A DNA stretch of 53,168 nt from Dicyema japonicum (lineage: Eukaryota; Animalia; Dicyemida). A program made the translations under genes and the position numbers. Shown piece after piece: positions 35,312 through 46,016 of this stretch (positions are counted from its first letter, which is position 1; every line of letters begins with the position of its first letter). A model generated the notes under the pieces. That model saw nothing but the letters and a program-made list of their open reading frames with translations, did not search any database and was not told where the DNA came from. The stretch is taken from contig RDEW01000008.1 in assembly GCA_011109175.1 (NCBI GenBank), positions 1,209,892 to 1,263,059 of the forward strand. The letters run 5' to 3'.

Positions 35312-38300
35312 TGTGACCGGTTGACAACAACTCCAAGTTGAGAACGATCTGTAAAATCGATTTAACCGTTAAAGCAGTTCAACTGTATGACCGAAAGTAA
35401 ACATTTCCAACTATGATCGAATTCTAAAGATGCTTTATTAAATGTCTTTATTAAAAAGTAAACTAACTGATTGTCGTCGTATGTACGCACGTTCCGTAAT
35501 TTGCTACATACTCTTTGTAAAACAAATATGAAATGTGATGTTCCTACATACGATTAATATTCCGATAAAATTAGATTCCTACACTTTGCTACATACTCCT
35601 GATAAATTATATTTATCAAATGTTGTTTTTATACTAATATTGACTAATAAAAAGTAATCATTTTAAAATATTAACAACAAATTAATTTTAATCGAAAAAT
35701 CATTTATTTTGTATCTAAATTAGCCAAGTCTCTGCTATTTTCTTCAATAATAGTTATATCTTGCATTCACATATTATAGTCCCAGCGAGTGAGATTTCTC
35801 TAACTTAATAAATTTTAATGTCCATATGCTCATTCAGAGCACCTCTACGAGTTTTTATATTTGTGTCAGTGCGTACTCTTCTAACAACCCTGTCTCCAAT
35901 TTTGAAAACCGTTAAATCGTTTTTCCACAACTTCTTTATTAATATCTTTTCCTCAGCTAGATTGGAAAAATCGATAGCCTTAAATTCAATTTATTGAACC
36001 TTTCTCCTTTTAACTTCATTTTCCGTCCAAAAAAACTTTATTTCTGCACGATCCATAAACAAGATCTTTCAGAAGAAAAGCAGTCTATCTCTACCTGATG
36101 TCCATTTTTAAGGTGTATATTTTCAATAAAAAGTTTCTTTTGCTCTACTACTTCTACAGCAAATGCATGCAATAGAATCCCGGATGTTTTAAAGTATAAA
36201 ATGTCTGACTTCTAATTCTTCTAAAATTCGACATATTCTGTATCTCTCCATCAGGTAAAACACCATCTTTGAGAAAACAATAATATCATTCTTTCTCTTA
36301 AGCGTCAAAAAAACTAACTTGTGCCAAAACAAAAACCAATATAACGTAGTGGTTTTTTTCTTTTATTTCATTAGAGGTAAACCATTCATAAAATTAAAAT
36401 TTTCTATATAATTTAAATTTATCTGAATATATTGAATCGTACGATCTCTTAAGTGATAATCAATTGGGAACTCGGAGGATGTGTCAAGGAGCCAAAGAAC
36501 AAGCTTTGGTGAACCAATATTTAAATCAAAGAAATGGAAGTAACTTATGTTCTACCTGGATCGATGTTAAAAAAGCATTTGATTCCGTTGACCACGAGTT
36601 TTTGGGCGAAGTGCTCCAGAATTCTGGCCTGCCTTTCTGGATTGTGAGTTTTATCACGAAACTTGTTGGGAAATGGAAGATACGACTGAATTTGGAAGGA
36701 AAAGTGTTGGGGGAGATTAGAATAAGAAGAGGAATTCTACAGGGGGACTCTCTTTCGCCACAGATCTTTGCTTTGTTAATGGACCCCCTTAGCCGAATAT
36801 TGAATGGAAAATTTCCTAAAGTAACTATGGGAAGCCCGGGAAATGGAGAGCCAACATATGCCACTAATCACCTTCTGTTTATGGACGATATAAAGTTGTT
36901 TTCTCACAAAAGTGATTCAATGGTTATGATGATGGAAGAAGTTGATTCGTTTTTTGATGCAGCCGGGTTGGAGAGGAACTTTGACAAATCTGCAACAAAT
37001 GTCAAGTCCTTGTCTGGGAAAGCTCGTTTCCTTGATGGATTGGATGGATACCGATATTTGGGAGTTCTTGAAGATAAGAACAGCAATGTTCTTAAAGGAG
37101 AAATTATGAATAAAATCTATGGAGAAGTATCTAAGCGGATCAAAAATTTGACGAAGACGGATTTAAACTCAGTGAACCTGTTTAAAGCTATGAATGAGTA
37201 TGCAATCTCCCTTTACAACTATTACATTGGATTGATTGATATCGAACCTGGAGAGTTTGAACAGATTGATAAAAATATTCGCAGAATTCTTATGGACAGT
37301 CATATCCACTTGCAACCGGCAAACAAAGAAAGACTTTATCTACCAAGAAATAAATTTGGAAGAGGCCTCGAGTCAGTCAGTAACAAAGCAGAAAGAATGC
37401 TCCTCCAATTTTATAGTGATTTGGAACATAAGGCAAATTACTGCCTAAGAAGAGCGGGAATTCTACGGGTCATTAATTCAAAGAAAATACACATGGCCAC
37501 TATCGTAGAATTCATCTCAAGAAAGTACAACATTGAAAATGTGAAGGATTTGACAATGTTGAAATTGATGGAAATACAACATGAATATCTACTGGGAAAA
37601 ATTGAAGAGAAACCGCTGCACTCTATTCTATTTGAGTGTCTGAAAGATACCGAAGTGAATATTGCTGAATCCTCAGGGTGGTTAGTTCATGGAAATCATT
37701 CTCCTGTAACCGAAGGAAGGCTGTGTCTGCTTCAGGATCGTAACATGTTTTTTGATAATGGAGAAGCCAAGTGCAAACATTGTAACTCAGGAAAGAAGAC
37801 CGTTGATCACCTTGCAACTAGATGTGGGAGAATGCTGAATAGCTCGTATCTCAGGCGGCATAACGAGGTGGTCAGATGTATTCACTTACACCTCTGCCGT
37901 CAATATGGAATAAGAAAAACTAAGAAACTGAAGACCCACTCAGTCCAATCTGTTGTCTCAAATGAATTTGTGGAGATTCGTGTAGACACAACGATTAGTA
38001 CAGATACGGCTGTACAGAATAACAAACCCGATATTTTCGTTCATGATAAGGTGCGTAATACGATTACTCTCGTTGAAATTGGGATCACGTCCCAAAACTG
38101 CCTCAAGCAAGTCGAGGTGGAAAAGTTCCATAAGTATGACTTACTGGCGAACGAACTCGGATGTATTCATCGCGCAAAGGTAAAAATAATCCCTGTAGTC
38201 ATTACCTGGGATGGGATTGTTTCGAGATTCTTCAAGGGCCATCTGGATGCCCTCAAACTGGAGGAAAGGGTGAAAGCGTACATCCAAACGTTAGTATTGA

Positions 38301-38695
38301 GAAAGACGTTGGAGAGCATGCAAGCTGAAGATAGACATGGAGTATCGATACCTGATGAGGAGGAAGCTGATAAGGAATGTCGACCTAGGGGAGTCTCGGA
38401 ATGTGGGTTGTGCGACAACGAAAACACACCTATACTGACAATTGACGTTGGCCCCAAGAAGAGGAGATTAGCTAATTAATTAATTACTTGTGACTCGTTG
38501 TTTCGTTAAAATATAATTAATTACTTAAAAAAATTTTAAATCTGAATTAATGAATGCTGAGAATAATTGAGAAATTTTAATTTATTACTTAGCAATATAA
38601 TATTTTTTTGCGGTTTTACGTCGCAACGGAGTATTAACGGCAAAATCGATTTTGACGAATCGTTCTCACCCTGAAATCGTTGTCAATCGGTCACA
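35312..38695 (-). mobile_element. Ginger-like (integrase-type) DNA transposon, internally deleted, with ~65-bp TGT..ACA TIRs; hosts the R4 insertion
   Basis: 35312-35375 is the inverse of ~38632-38695. Minus strand 35760-36300 encodes an integrase Zn-binding remnant (HLKNGHQ-RDRL..EIKVFL) and FKIGDRVV..NIKTRR. No DDE core or clear TSD seen. Confidence 0.55.
36420..38479 (+). mobile_element. R4/Dong-like non-LTR retrotransposon, 5'-truncated, intact 671-aa RT-CCHC-RLE ORF
   Basis: WIDVKKAFDSV, GILQGDSLSP, LFMDD, YRYLG, CKHC..HLATRC, KPDIFV..LVEIG. No stops or frameshifts. Confidence 0.95.
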
Positions 38696-38759
38696 ATAAT
38701 TAATAATTATTAATTTAATTATTAATAATAAAATTTAAAATAATAATAAATTACGCAAT

Positions 38760-40435
38760 ATGGATAGTGATGTTGGTTGTTTTATGAAGTAATAGAAGAA
38801 CAAAATAATATTGGAATATACAAAATATTGGGAATGTTGTTTGAAAGAATGTAAGGGTGATGCATTGGCGAATATGTTATCAAAGATCTTGAATGTATGT
38901 GAAGTATTAAAAATAGATATTCAATGATGTAATAGAGAAATCGTCATATGAGAATGAATCAAAACTGACTGAATTAAAGACATGTGTGATAAGTGGATTA
39001 GCAAAGTGTAAATAATAATTATTGTAGGAATGGGACTGATACATTAACAAATTATTTGATTCCTTATTGTAAAGAGAATGATGAAATAAACTCAATGGTA
39101 GTGAACAGAATATTGGATATGAAGCTAAATATGTCATCAATACTAAAATCATTAGACCAAGAATATATAAATAATTATTTACTAGAAACATTTTCATTAT
39201 TGGGATCATGTCCAATTGGACAAATAAAGCTAGGAGTGTCATTCATAATAGATGGAGTAATATAAATATATAATATAGCTAATTAAACAAAATGAGGAAT
39301 TACAGGAAACTATGAAAATACTGAGTAATATTGTAGATGGAATAAACATTAATAATTATACTTTGGGTGATTTAATAGTTGAAAAGTATTATTTATTATA
39401 ATAAAGTATTCAAGAACATTTACAGCAAGTAAAACAGTTAAATTGGATATCATTTGATGAGTACTTATATCAAATTATAAGAATTACAGGAATGTTGTAT
39501 ACTTACTTTTGGGTTTGTCTTTTATAATATTAATAGAAGAATGGATATCCCTTTAAACCCTTTTTACTATCATTTGAGGAATCATTGAAAAGTGCTATAC
39601 TATCTATGAATGTTAAAGTGATCAAGAGAGTTTATTATATAATTAATGTTATATTTTATTATATTTAGGAATTTGAGGCTGTTAATGATAGATTGGATGA
39701 TTTACATTCACTAATGGACAATACTTGCTTAGATCTTAACTACATTACCGATATTGTACCTTATAAACATTGTGATGATTTAATTACTCAATTTACACAA
39801 TATGTCAATACTATTATGGATCCTCTATCATTATTGGAATCTCATAATCATATTATTGCCTTTTTTACAGCTCATGGTCTTTTGAGGGATAATCGATATC
39901 AAATGATTTATTATCTACTTTCGGAAATATTAGACAATGATACTATTTCATATGCTGGAGGTTGTCTATTTGTTGAGTTGTGTCATCAATTATCCTTTCA
40001 TTCATTTATTGAAGATTTCTTTATCATGTACTTTTTTATTATTATTTAGATTAAAACATAAAATTGATTGTCTACATTACACAATACTACAGTCACAGAA
40101 TACTCAACATAGTATTTATTGTTTAAAGACTTATATTCACTTTTTCATTGAATTTTATGATAAATTTATTATTAACAATAAAAGAATAATAGAGTTTGGA
40201 GATATACTCATTTATTTACTTGAACGTTTGATTATCATTGGTCATAAAGATGATATTACATTTGTTAATAACATTATTATTGTAATCCTTATATTTATTA
40301 TAGGGACATGCTAATACTCTTAAATATTCTCATAATTTCAACAAAATCAATGATTTACTAGGAATAACACCTGATAGTAATAATGATGAGGATTATGATG
40401 ACAATACTGATGATAACGAGTTTGATGATTTGTAG
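38760..40435 (+). CDS. Complete 10-exon gene, 491-aa uncharacterised, probably alpha-helical protein with an acidic C-terminal tail; 9 introns of 21-24 nt
   Basis: GT-AG introns at 38772-38795, 38895-38916, 39006-39027, 39257-39278, 39386-39406, 39513-39536, 39648-39668, 40028-40049 and 40282-40303 give a 1476-nt uninterrupted frame from ATG to TAG (MDSDKNKIILEYTKYWECC..DDNEFDDL*). Confidence 0.9.
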
Positions 40436-40639
40436 TTTTATTTTATATTCTAGTCGACATTTTATCATCCTCAAATATATGGACTTTCCTTTCATTTAAT
40501 TACTTTATTTTGGCATTAAATTTTACTCATTTTCAATTCCACCAATTAAGGCCACAAAAATTACAATATTATGAAAACGTTTTAGTTTTTTTATAAGTCA
40601 AAAGAACGTGCAAACACTTTTTCTCAATACAAAACACTC

Positions 40640-40920
40640 CTTTTGGCTCAAGGGGTAATCCCACAAGAATCTAGGGAATATGTTTATTGAGGACCTTGGG
40701 GATCTATGTATTCTGGACAAACAAGTCTTCTATACGTGAACTCCCATGAGATCTGCGGACAAACAATCATCGTCCGATCTATTTACCTGCTCCACATCCA
40801 TATATATACCGTCAAGTATGGCACGAGGAGTGACAACAACCCGATATTAATTGATATTAAAACGAATACATGGTCACAAAATCGTCTCCCTACTTTAATC
40901 GATTACAAACTTGCAAACTG
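40640..40920 (+). mobile_element. AP-endonuclease remnant related to 21681-22172
   Basis: DLCILD..TPMRSADKQSSSDLFTCS..SDNNPILIDI. Confidence 0.55.
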
Positions 40921-40999
40921 AGTTAGATTCCATGACTATTTTGGGAAGATATTCAAAACTAACATTTACCCAAACTTAAAACTTTGGGTTTCCAATTTT

Positions 41000-42252
41000 C
41001 TAAATGGTCCTCTGTGACGGCATCTTTCTTGGTTCCCCCTTATCACTATTATTAACTACACTCCCGAGAAGCCATAAACTTAAGCTTTTTTTGTGTCGCG
41101 TAGACAACAATTCTATTCCACATCTCCCAAATGCCTCTTTTCTTTACAAACTCTTTCAAATTATCGAGATCTTAAGCATTCTAGAATTTCATTCTGATAT
41201 TTGCAGGTCCACGTTCAGCACTGATGGTAGTGTTGCTCATGTTCTCCAACAGAATACACCTGCGATTGGGTAAAGTATATTTCCATGGCAAAATTGGCAG
41301 GAGTGTCGACGTCCATCATCAGAATATGACCAAAAATTTTCCATTTCGATTTCAGAATTTCGCTAAAAAAAATTGTGAATTGCATTTCTTGTATAAATAA
41401 GAGTTTGGGATTTTAATTGGATATCTTATCTTAGTGCTGATAGAGTTGTGATCTTTAAAAGCTGTCTAGCTTCCGGTTTTCCTGCTTTAAAAGCCCCAGG
41501 TCCACAGTTATATATCAGAATTGGCAATACGAACGAATTATATATTTAGTTTTCTAAATTCTAACTTACCAGGATCTTGATACGAGTCACATCTGTGTCT
41601 CACAGGAGAGTCTTAACCTTTTTGTGCACTCTCCACTATTCGTCTACAAGTTTCCCGGTTTTTTTATGTTTACTGTCAAAAAATATTTTTCAAATATGTT
41701 CTGAAGCACGTTATATGTGAGCATCCACATTATCTGATACAAATTTCAGATCATTTCATAAATATTTCACAGCAATCGTTTTTATAGCTGATCTAAAGTC
41801 TCTAGGTAACGGGGGATGAGAGGCCACATGCGACACTCCTCACGTTGTGCGAAAATATCTTCTTTTCCTAATTCTTACAGAAAGTTGTGCATTCATTTTT
41901 GTTTTATCAATGTGGAGAAAACTTTTTAATTCTTTCATAGGCATGCCTCCGTAGATAAAGTCGAAAGTTCGAGTCATGTCGTCCCCAAGCATCTCAATGC
42001 ATTTTTTGTACTTTTGACATAAGGACCTAGCACATATGTGCCCAGATTACATCTGCAATCGATCTTCCTTTCCGGAATCCACTTTGTCCAGATATGAAAA
42101 ACTGTTAACTTTGTTTTTTATTCGGTGCAGTATACTAAGGGATAATTCTTTCAGTAATTTCGTTAATACAATAATTGGCTTTAGATATTGAGGTCCTTTT
42201 GGTTTTCCTGGTTTCTGTATGGGGATTAACCATTCGCTACTAATATCTAGTT
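41000..42252 (-). mobile_element. RTE-like LINE RT and C-terminal remnant
   Basis: LIPIQKPGKPKGP, LGDDMTRTFD, YNCGTWG..LYKKC..KWKIFGHIL. Confidence 0.8.
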
Positions 42253-42600
42253 CAGTGGTTCTCAATTTTGTCGATCTCACCCAAATTGGGCGTTGGAATT
42301 TTTACTTTTTCAAATGAAACAATGAAACATTAAAACTATTGTTGAATTGTGAAGCAAGCATTTTTTAAAACTTGACAGACCTTTCGAATACTTTGAAAAA
42401 TAATCTGAGTAATATTTCAACACTCCTACAATCAAACAAAATTATGGTCTCGGCTCATCGGAATCATGATCGTAAATTAAGAAAAAAATTTCACTCAACA
42501 ATGATCCGTCGAAGAATCGACGAAATGAGAATATTGATTTGGGTTTTTTAAAAACTTAACGAGGATGCTATAAATTAAGATTACTTTTAAGTATCTTTGT
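42253..42600 (+). mobile_element. hAT-Charlie 5' end remnant inserted into the RTE-like element
   Basis: ATCTAGTT|CAGTGGTTCTCAA TIR, plus DRPFEYFEK and STMIRRRIDEM, which resemble Charlie motifs. Confidence 0.65.
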
Positions 42601-43689
42601 ATCGTAGATGCGTGGAACTTTCAATTGAAATGTACAGTCATTAGACCTCTTGTGGCATTCGTCACGTTAGCTTTGGGAACTGTCATTGACATGTAACAAT
42701 AATGGATGCTCAAAGAATGATAAAATATTTATGGGAAAAATCTACCTACTCGATTTTATTTTAATTTTAAAACAAACAAAAAAGAGTTAGTTAACAACAA
42801 ATTATAGGTGGTAGTGGACTCAAGTAGTGGACTCAAGTCCATAGTGTCGACATATGTTATGTATGGTGATAATATAAAAATTTCAGCCATTATGCTGCTT
42901 TCCACGGTCTCTTTTCTGATATGGTGACTCCAAAACCCTGTGCAAGCTGATGATTATTGTGATTAAATTTTATTTCTCTTATATTGAAGCTTCCAAGTGA
43001 AAATGTGGAAGACGTTGTAAATCGCGAAAAAAGTATTTGTAACTGATGATGTAACTACTTCATCCAAAAAAAATCCCACAAAATATATCATAACTCTACA
43101 TTGTTTTTTTTCCCACAATCTTACTCTTCATGCAGCATTTACTGCATATTTCTTGCTGCGGAATTTCACCTCATGCCGCGCTTCTTTTTCTCACATCTGA
43201 GTGCCCCGTGTTTTATGAACATGTACCTCTTGAAGACCATCGACGATACACTGAGGTCATCGAAAAAATAGCTAAGCATTTCTTTTAACGCTATTAGCTA
43301 GAACTACTGCTGATAAAGTTGTTTGTGATGTGTAAGCTACCACTTCATTTTTGAGGGATTTGTATCCCCTCTCGTAATGGCACTCCCGGATTTTTCCAAT
43401 TTCGATCAACGTCGCAGGCTGAATCGTTAACAAGTTTTGGTCGAAAAATTTATAAATTCATAAACCTTGCGAACTCAAAACGATTTTTTGTGCCAATATC
43501 ATCAAACAGAAACAAAATCAACATTCTAAGTAACTTGCCTTTACGTCTACTAGCAAGAGTTATGCCCGGTTCAGGATCTTCCCTGTGCATTACTCGGGAT
43601 AGTTCCAAATAACGATTCGACTCAAATAGAAGTCTGCCTCTGATAGATTGGGTGGGACATCGTTGGTTTTCGACGAATTTTAGGTGCCG

Positions 43690-44000
43690 ACTTTGACGTA
43701 ACTGTCTTTGCTGTTCACGCTCTCTCAATATCGCCTGTCCATCGCTTTTAGTTGCTCTCCTCTGATCAGATTTCTTGGAGCTGGGCATCCACCATATCTG
43801 GCACAATGTGAGGACGAGTCACATTTTATGCAATTCATTGTGTTCCCAGGAGTTTCTCCACAGGCAGTCATGTCGTGTTCCCATGCACAACGGTGATATC
43901 TTGTCATCTCCTTACAGAAAGAGGATATGTGTCCATAGCGTTGGCATTTGAAACACCTAGGTGGGTCTCTTCTGATACTCGAGTAGACCAGTATAAATAT
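43690..44000 (-). mobile_element. LINE ORF1/gag remnant with triple CCHC knuckles
   Basis: PPRCFKCQRYGHISSFC..RC..H..C..NCIKC..H.ARYGGCP. Confidence 0.8.
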
Positions 44001-44039
44001 GACAGGTGTGAAGTATCTAACGGGAACAGTCTAATTCGA

Positions 44040-44240
44040 AAATGATCATTTATGCAGATGATATATTGGTTCTAGCTATGAACAAATTTAAATCTTTGAA
44101 AAGAGTTTTGGCACATATTGAAATCATTAAAAAATGGTGCATATATAGAGGTTTATCTTTGTCTTGAGAAAAATATACGGTTTATTGGATTGGCAAGACA
44201 TTCAATGACTATGTTGGCATGGGTCAAATCAAGATCCTTG
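44040..44240 (+). mobile_element. LINE RT fragment
   Basis: IIYADDILVL (YADD at 44051-44062)..IKKWC..GLSLS. Confidence 0.7.
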
Positions 44241-44599
44241 ATTATCTGAAAAGTGATCTTACAAAGATTACGTTAAAGTCAGAAAGATGAAAGCAATAGC
44301 GATGTTGAAGTTGCATTTGCGTGTTCATCAGTCAAGAGATTCCTTTTTGATAGTATCAAAGCAACTAGAGGAGTGAACTTGTTAAATTATCAAATAGATC
44401 CACAAGATATGTTGGCTTATCAACTTGATTTATTTAAAGTAAACCTCTCAAATTAGCCATTTTTGGTTCCAGACAAAATGTGGCAAATTTGCGAATTGGC
44501 AGATTTCAGAATAAAATTTTATTTGCAGTTTTAATTAATTTATTTAAATAAGTTATAATTAAAACCAAAGAAAATCAATTGTAATTAATTAACACTATG

Positions 44600-45230
44600 C
44601 AAGCTGAATTCTCCTCCTCTTTGGGCATTGGCCCTCTCTTAATTTTAAAAGCAATTCAGCCTTGTTTAATGACTCATGTACTTCCACGCAACCTGATTCT
44701 TCTTGTTAGTCAATAGCAATTAATTTCTCCTCTACATCAATTGCCTCCTTTTCACTGTACTCAATTGAAATAAATTCTTCTATTTCATTAGGATCATAAA
44801 TATCTGTTCTGGATACGATTTCATCTGTACACTTATGTTAGTAAGTTCTGATTCGCATTCTGTACGTTCTAGACGTTTACACAGTTTGAAATTGTTTGAG
44901 ATTTCAAATCTTCCCATTCCATTTTTGCAAACAATACAGTATCCCTAAGATTTAACTTCTTGTATAATTCATCTGCACACGCGGGGTTATAAATATTATG
45001 GCTTTCGTGAAAGTGCTAATTATAATATGATTGATATACCGAGTTCTTCTCGCATTCTAATATCGCTAAAAAGTTCTTTAGCAAAAAATTCTGCCTTATG
45101 TAATATTAGAGAATCGTTTAATGAAGCACTTTAAATGTTTGAGTAAATAGTGTACCTTTTGATTCCATTAAATCCATTCAATCATATTTTCATCAAGCTC
45201 CGGGTATTTTAATTTTTTACAAGTTTTTAG
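44600..45230 (-). mobile_element. pogo/Tigger transposase remnant (CENP-B HTH + C-terminal part)
   Basis: KYPELDENMIEW, ILHKAEFFAKEL, KLNLRDTVLFAKMEW..TISNC. Confidence 0.65.
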
Positions 45231-46016
45231 TTTAGGAAGTCAGTCCTTGAACTGAAATAAAAGCAATTCTGCATTCATTAATATTGCATTGTCTATCCTT
45301 ATTGAGATTCTCTTTTTTAAAATAGAAGAAAATCTGTTGCATATCGTCTGACATGAAGCTGATTTATTGGTTTCTTTATACCGGATTTTCCACTTTTTGA
45401 GCAATTGAAAGTCTGGTGTAGCCTCCAACAAGAACAATCCGACCCATGCTTGCTTTAAATTATTTAGATTTTTAATAATATTAGAATATTTAAATTAAAA
45501 TATTTAAAAAATAAAAATAATTTTTAAAAATGTTTGTCAATTTCAGAATTGGCAAATATCATTGAAAAATAGAAAAATTCGATAAAATGGCAAATTTCAG
45601 AATTGTCAAATTTAAGAGTAACATATTTGATAGAGTTTACTGTATAATTATACAGTCCGTCCTCGATTTGGAACACCAAGCGTCTCAAGAACAGAGATTG
45701 TTTCAAAAAGCGAGGTTTTAACTTAAAGTATATAAATAATTATGACTTCATAAAATAATAATGTATGAAAAAAAACAGAACAAAGTTTATGGTGGTACAT
45801 TGGAAAAAAACGTCCAATTCTACTTAGAATCCATATTTCTTTTAAGTTTAGCTGTAGTTTTTTCCTAAACGAGTAAAACTTGTGAATCCTGATCGATATC
45901 CAATTGGATTCTTCCAAATCATTGATTTTTTAGGGTTCCATTTATTGTTTCATTCTCTCTTGATTCACCATTATATTTCATTATTTTTGGCTTAGGGACT
46001 TCCTTCAATTACACAA

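Noticed and set aside
36464-38479. Bacterial retron, DGR or group II intron RT
   Set aside because: The RT-CCHC-PD..(D/E)xK layout is that of eukaryotic RLE non-LTR elements. No msr/msd, TR/VR pair or operon context.
38907-39242. Minus-strand 111-aa ORF, and the overlapping plus-strand ORFs 39056-40314 as separate genes
   Set aside because: They are an antisense shadow and unspliced exon fragments of the single 10-exon gene.
39630-39668. 39-nt version of intron 7
   Set aside because: An in-frame downstream donor at 39648 gives 21 nt, which matches the size distribution. The longer form cannot be excluded without cDNA.
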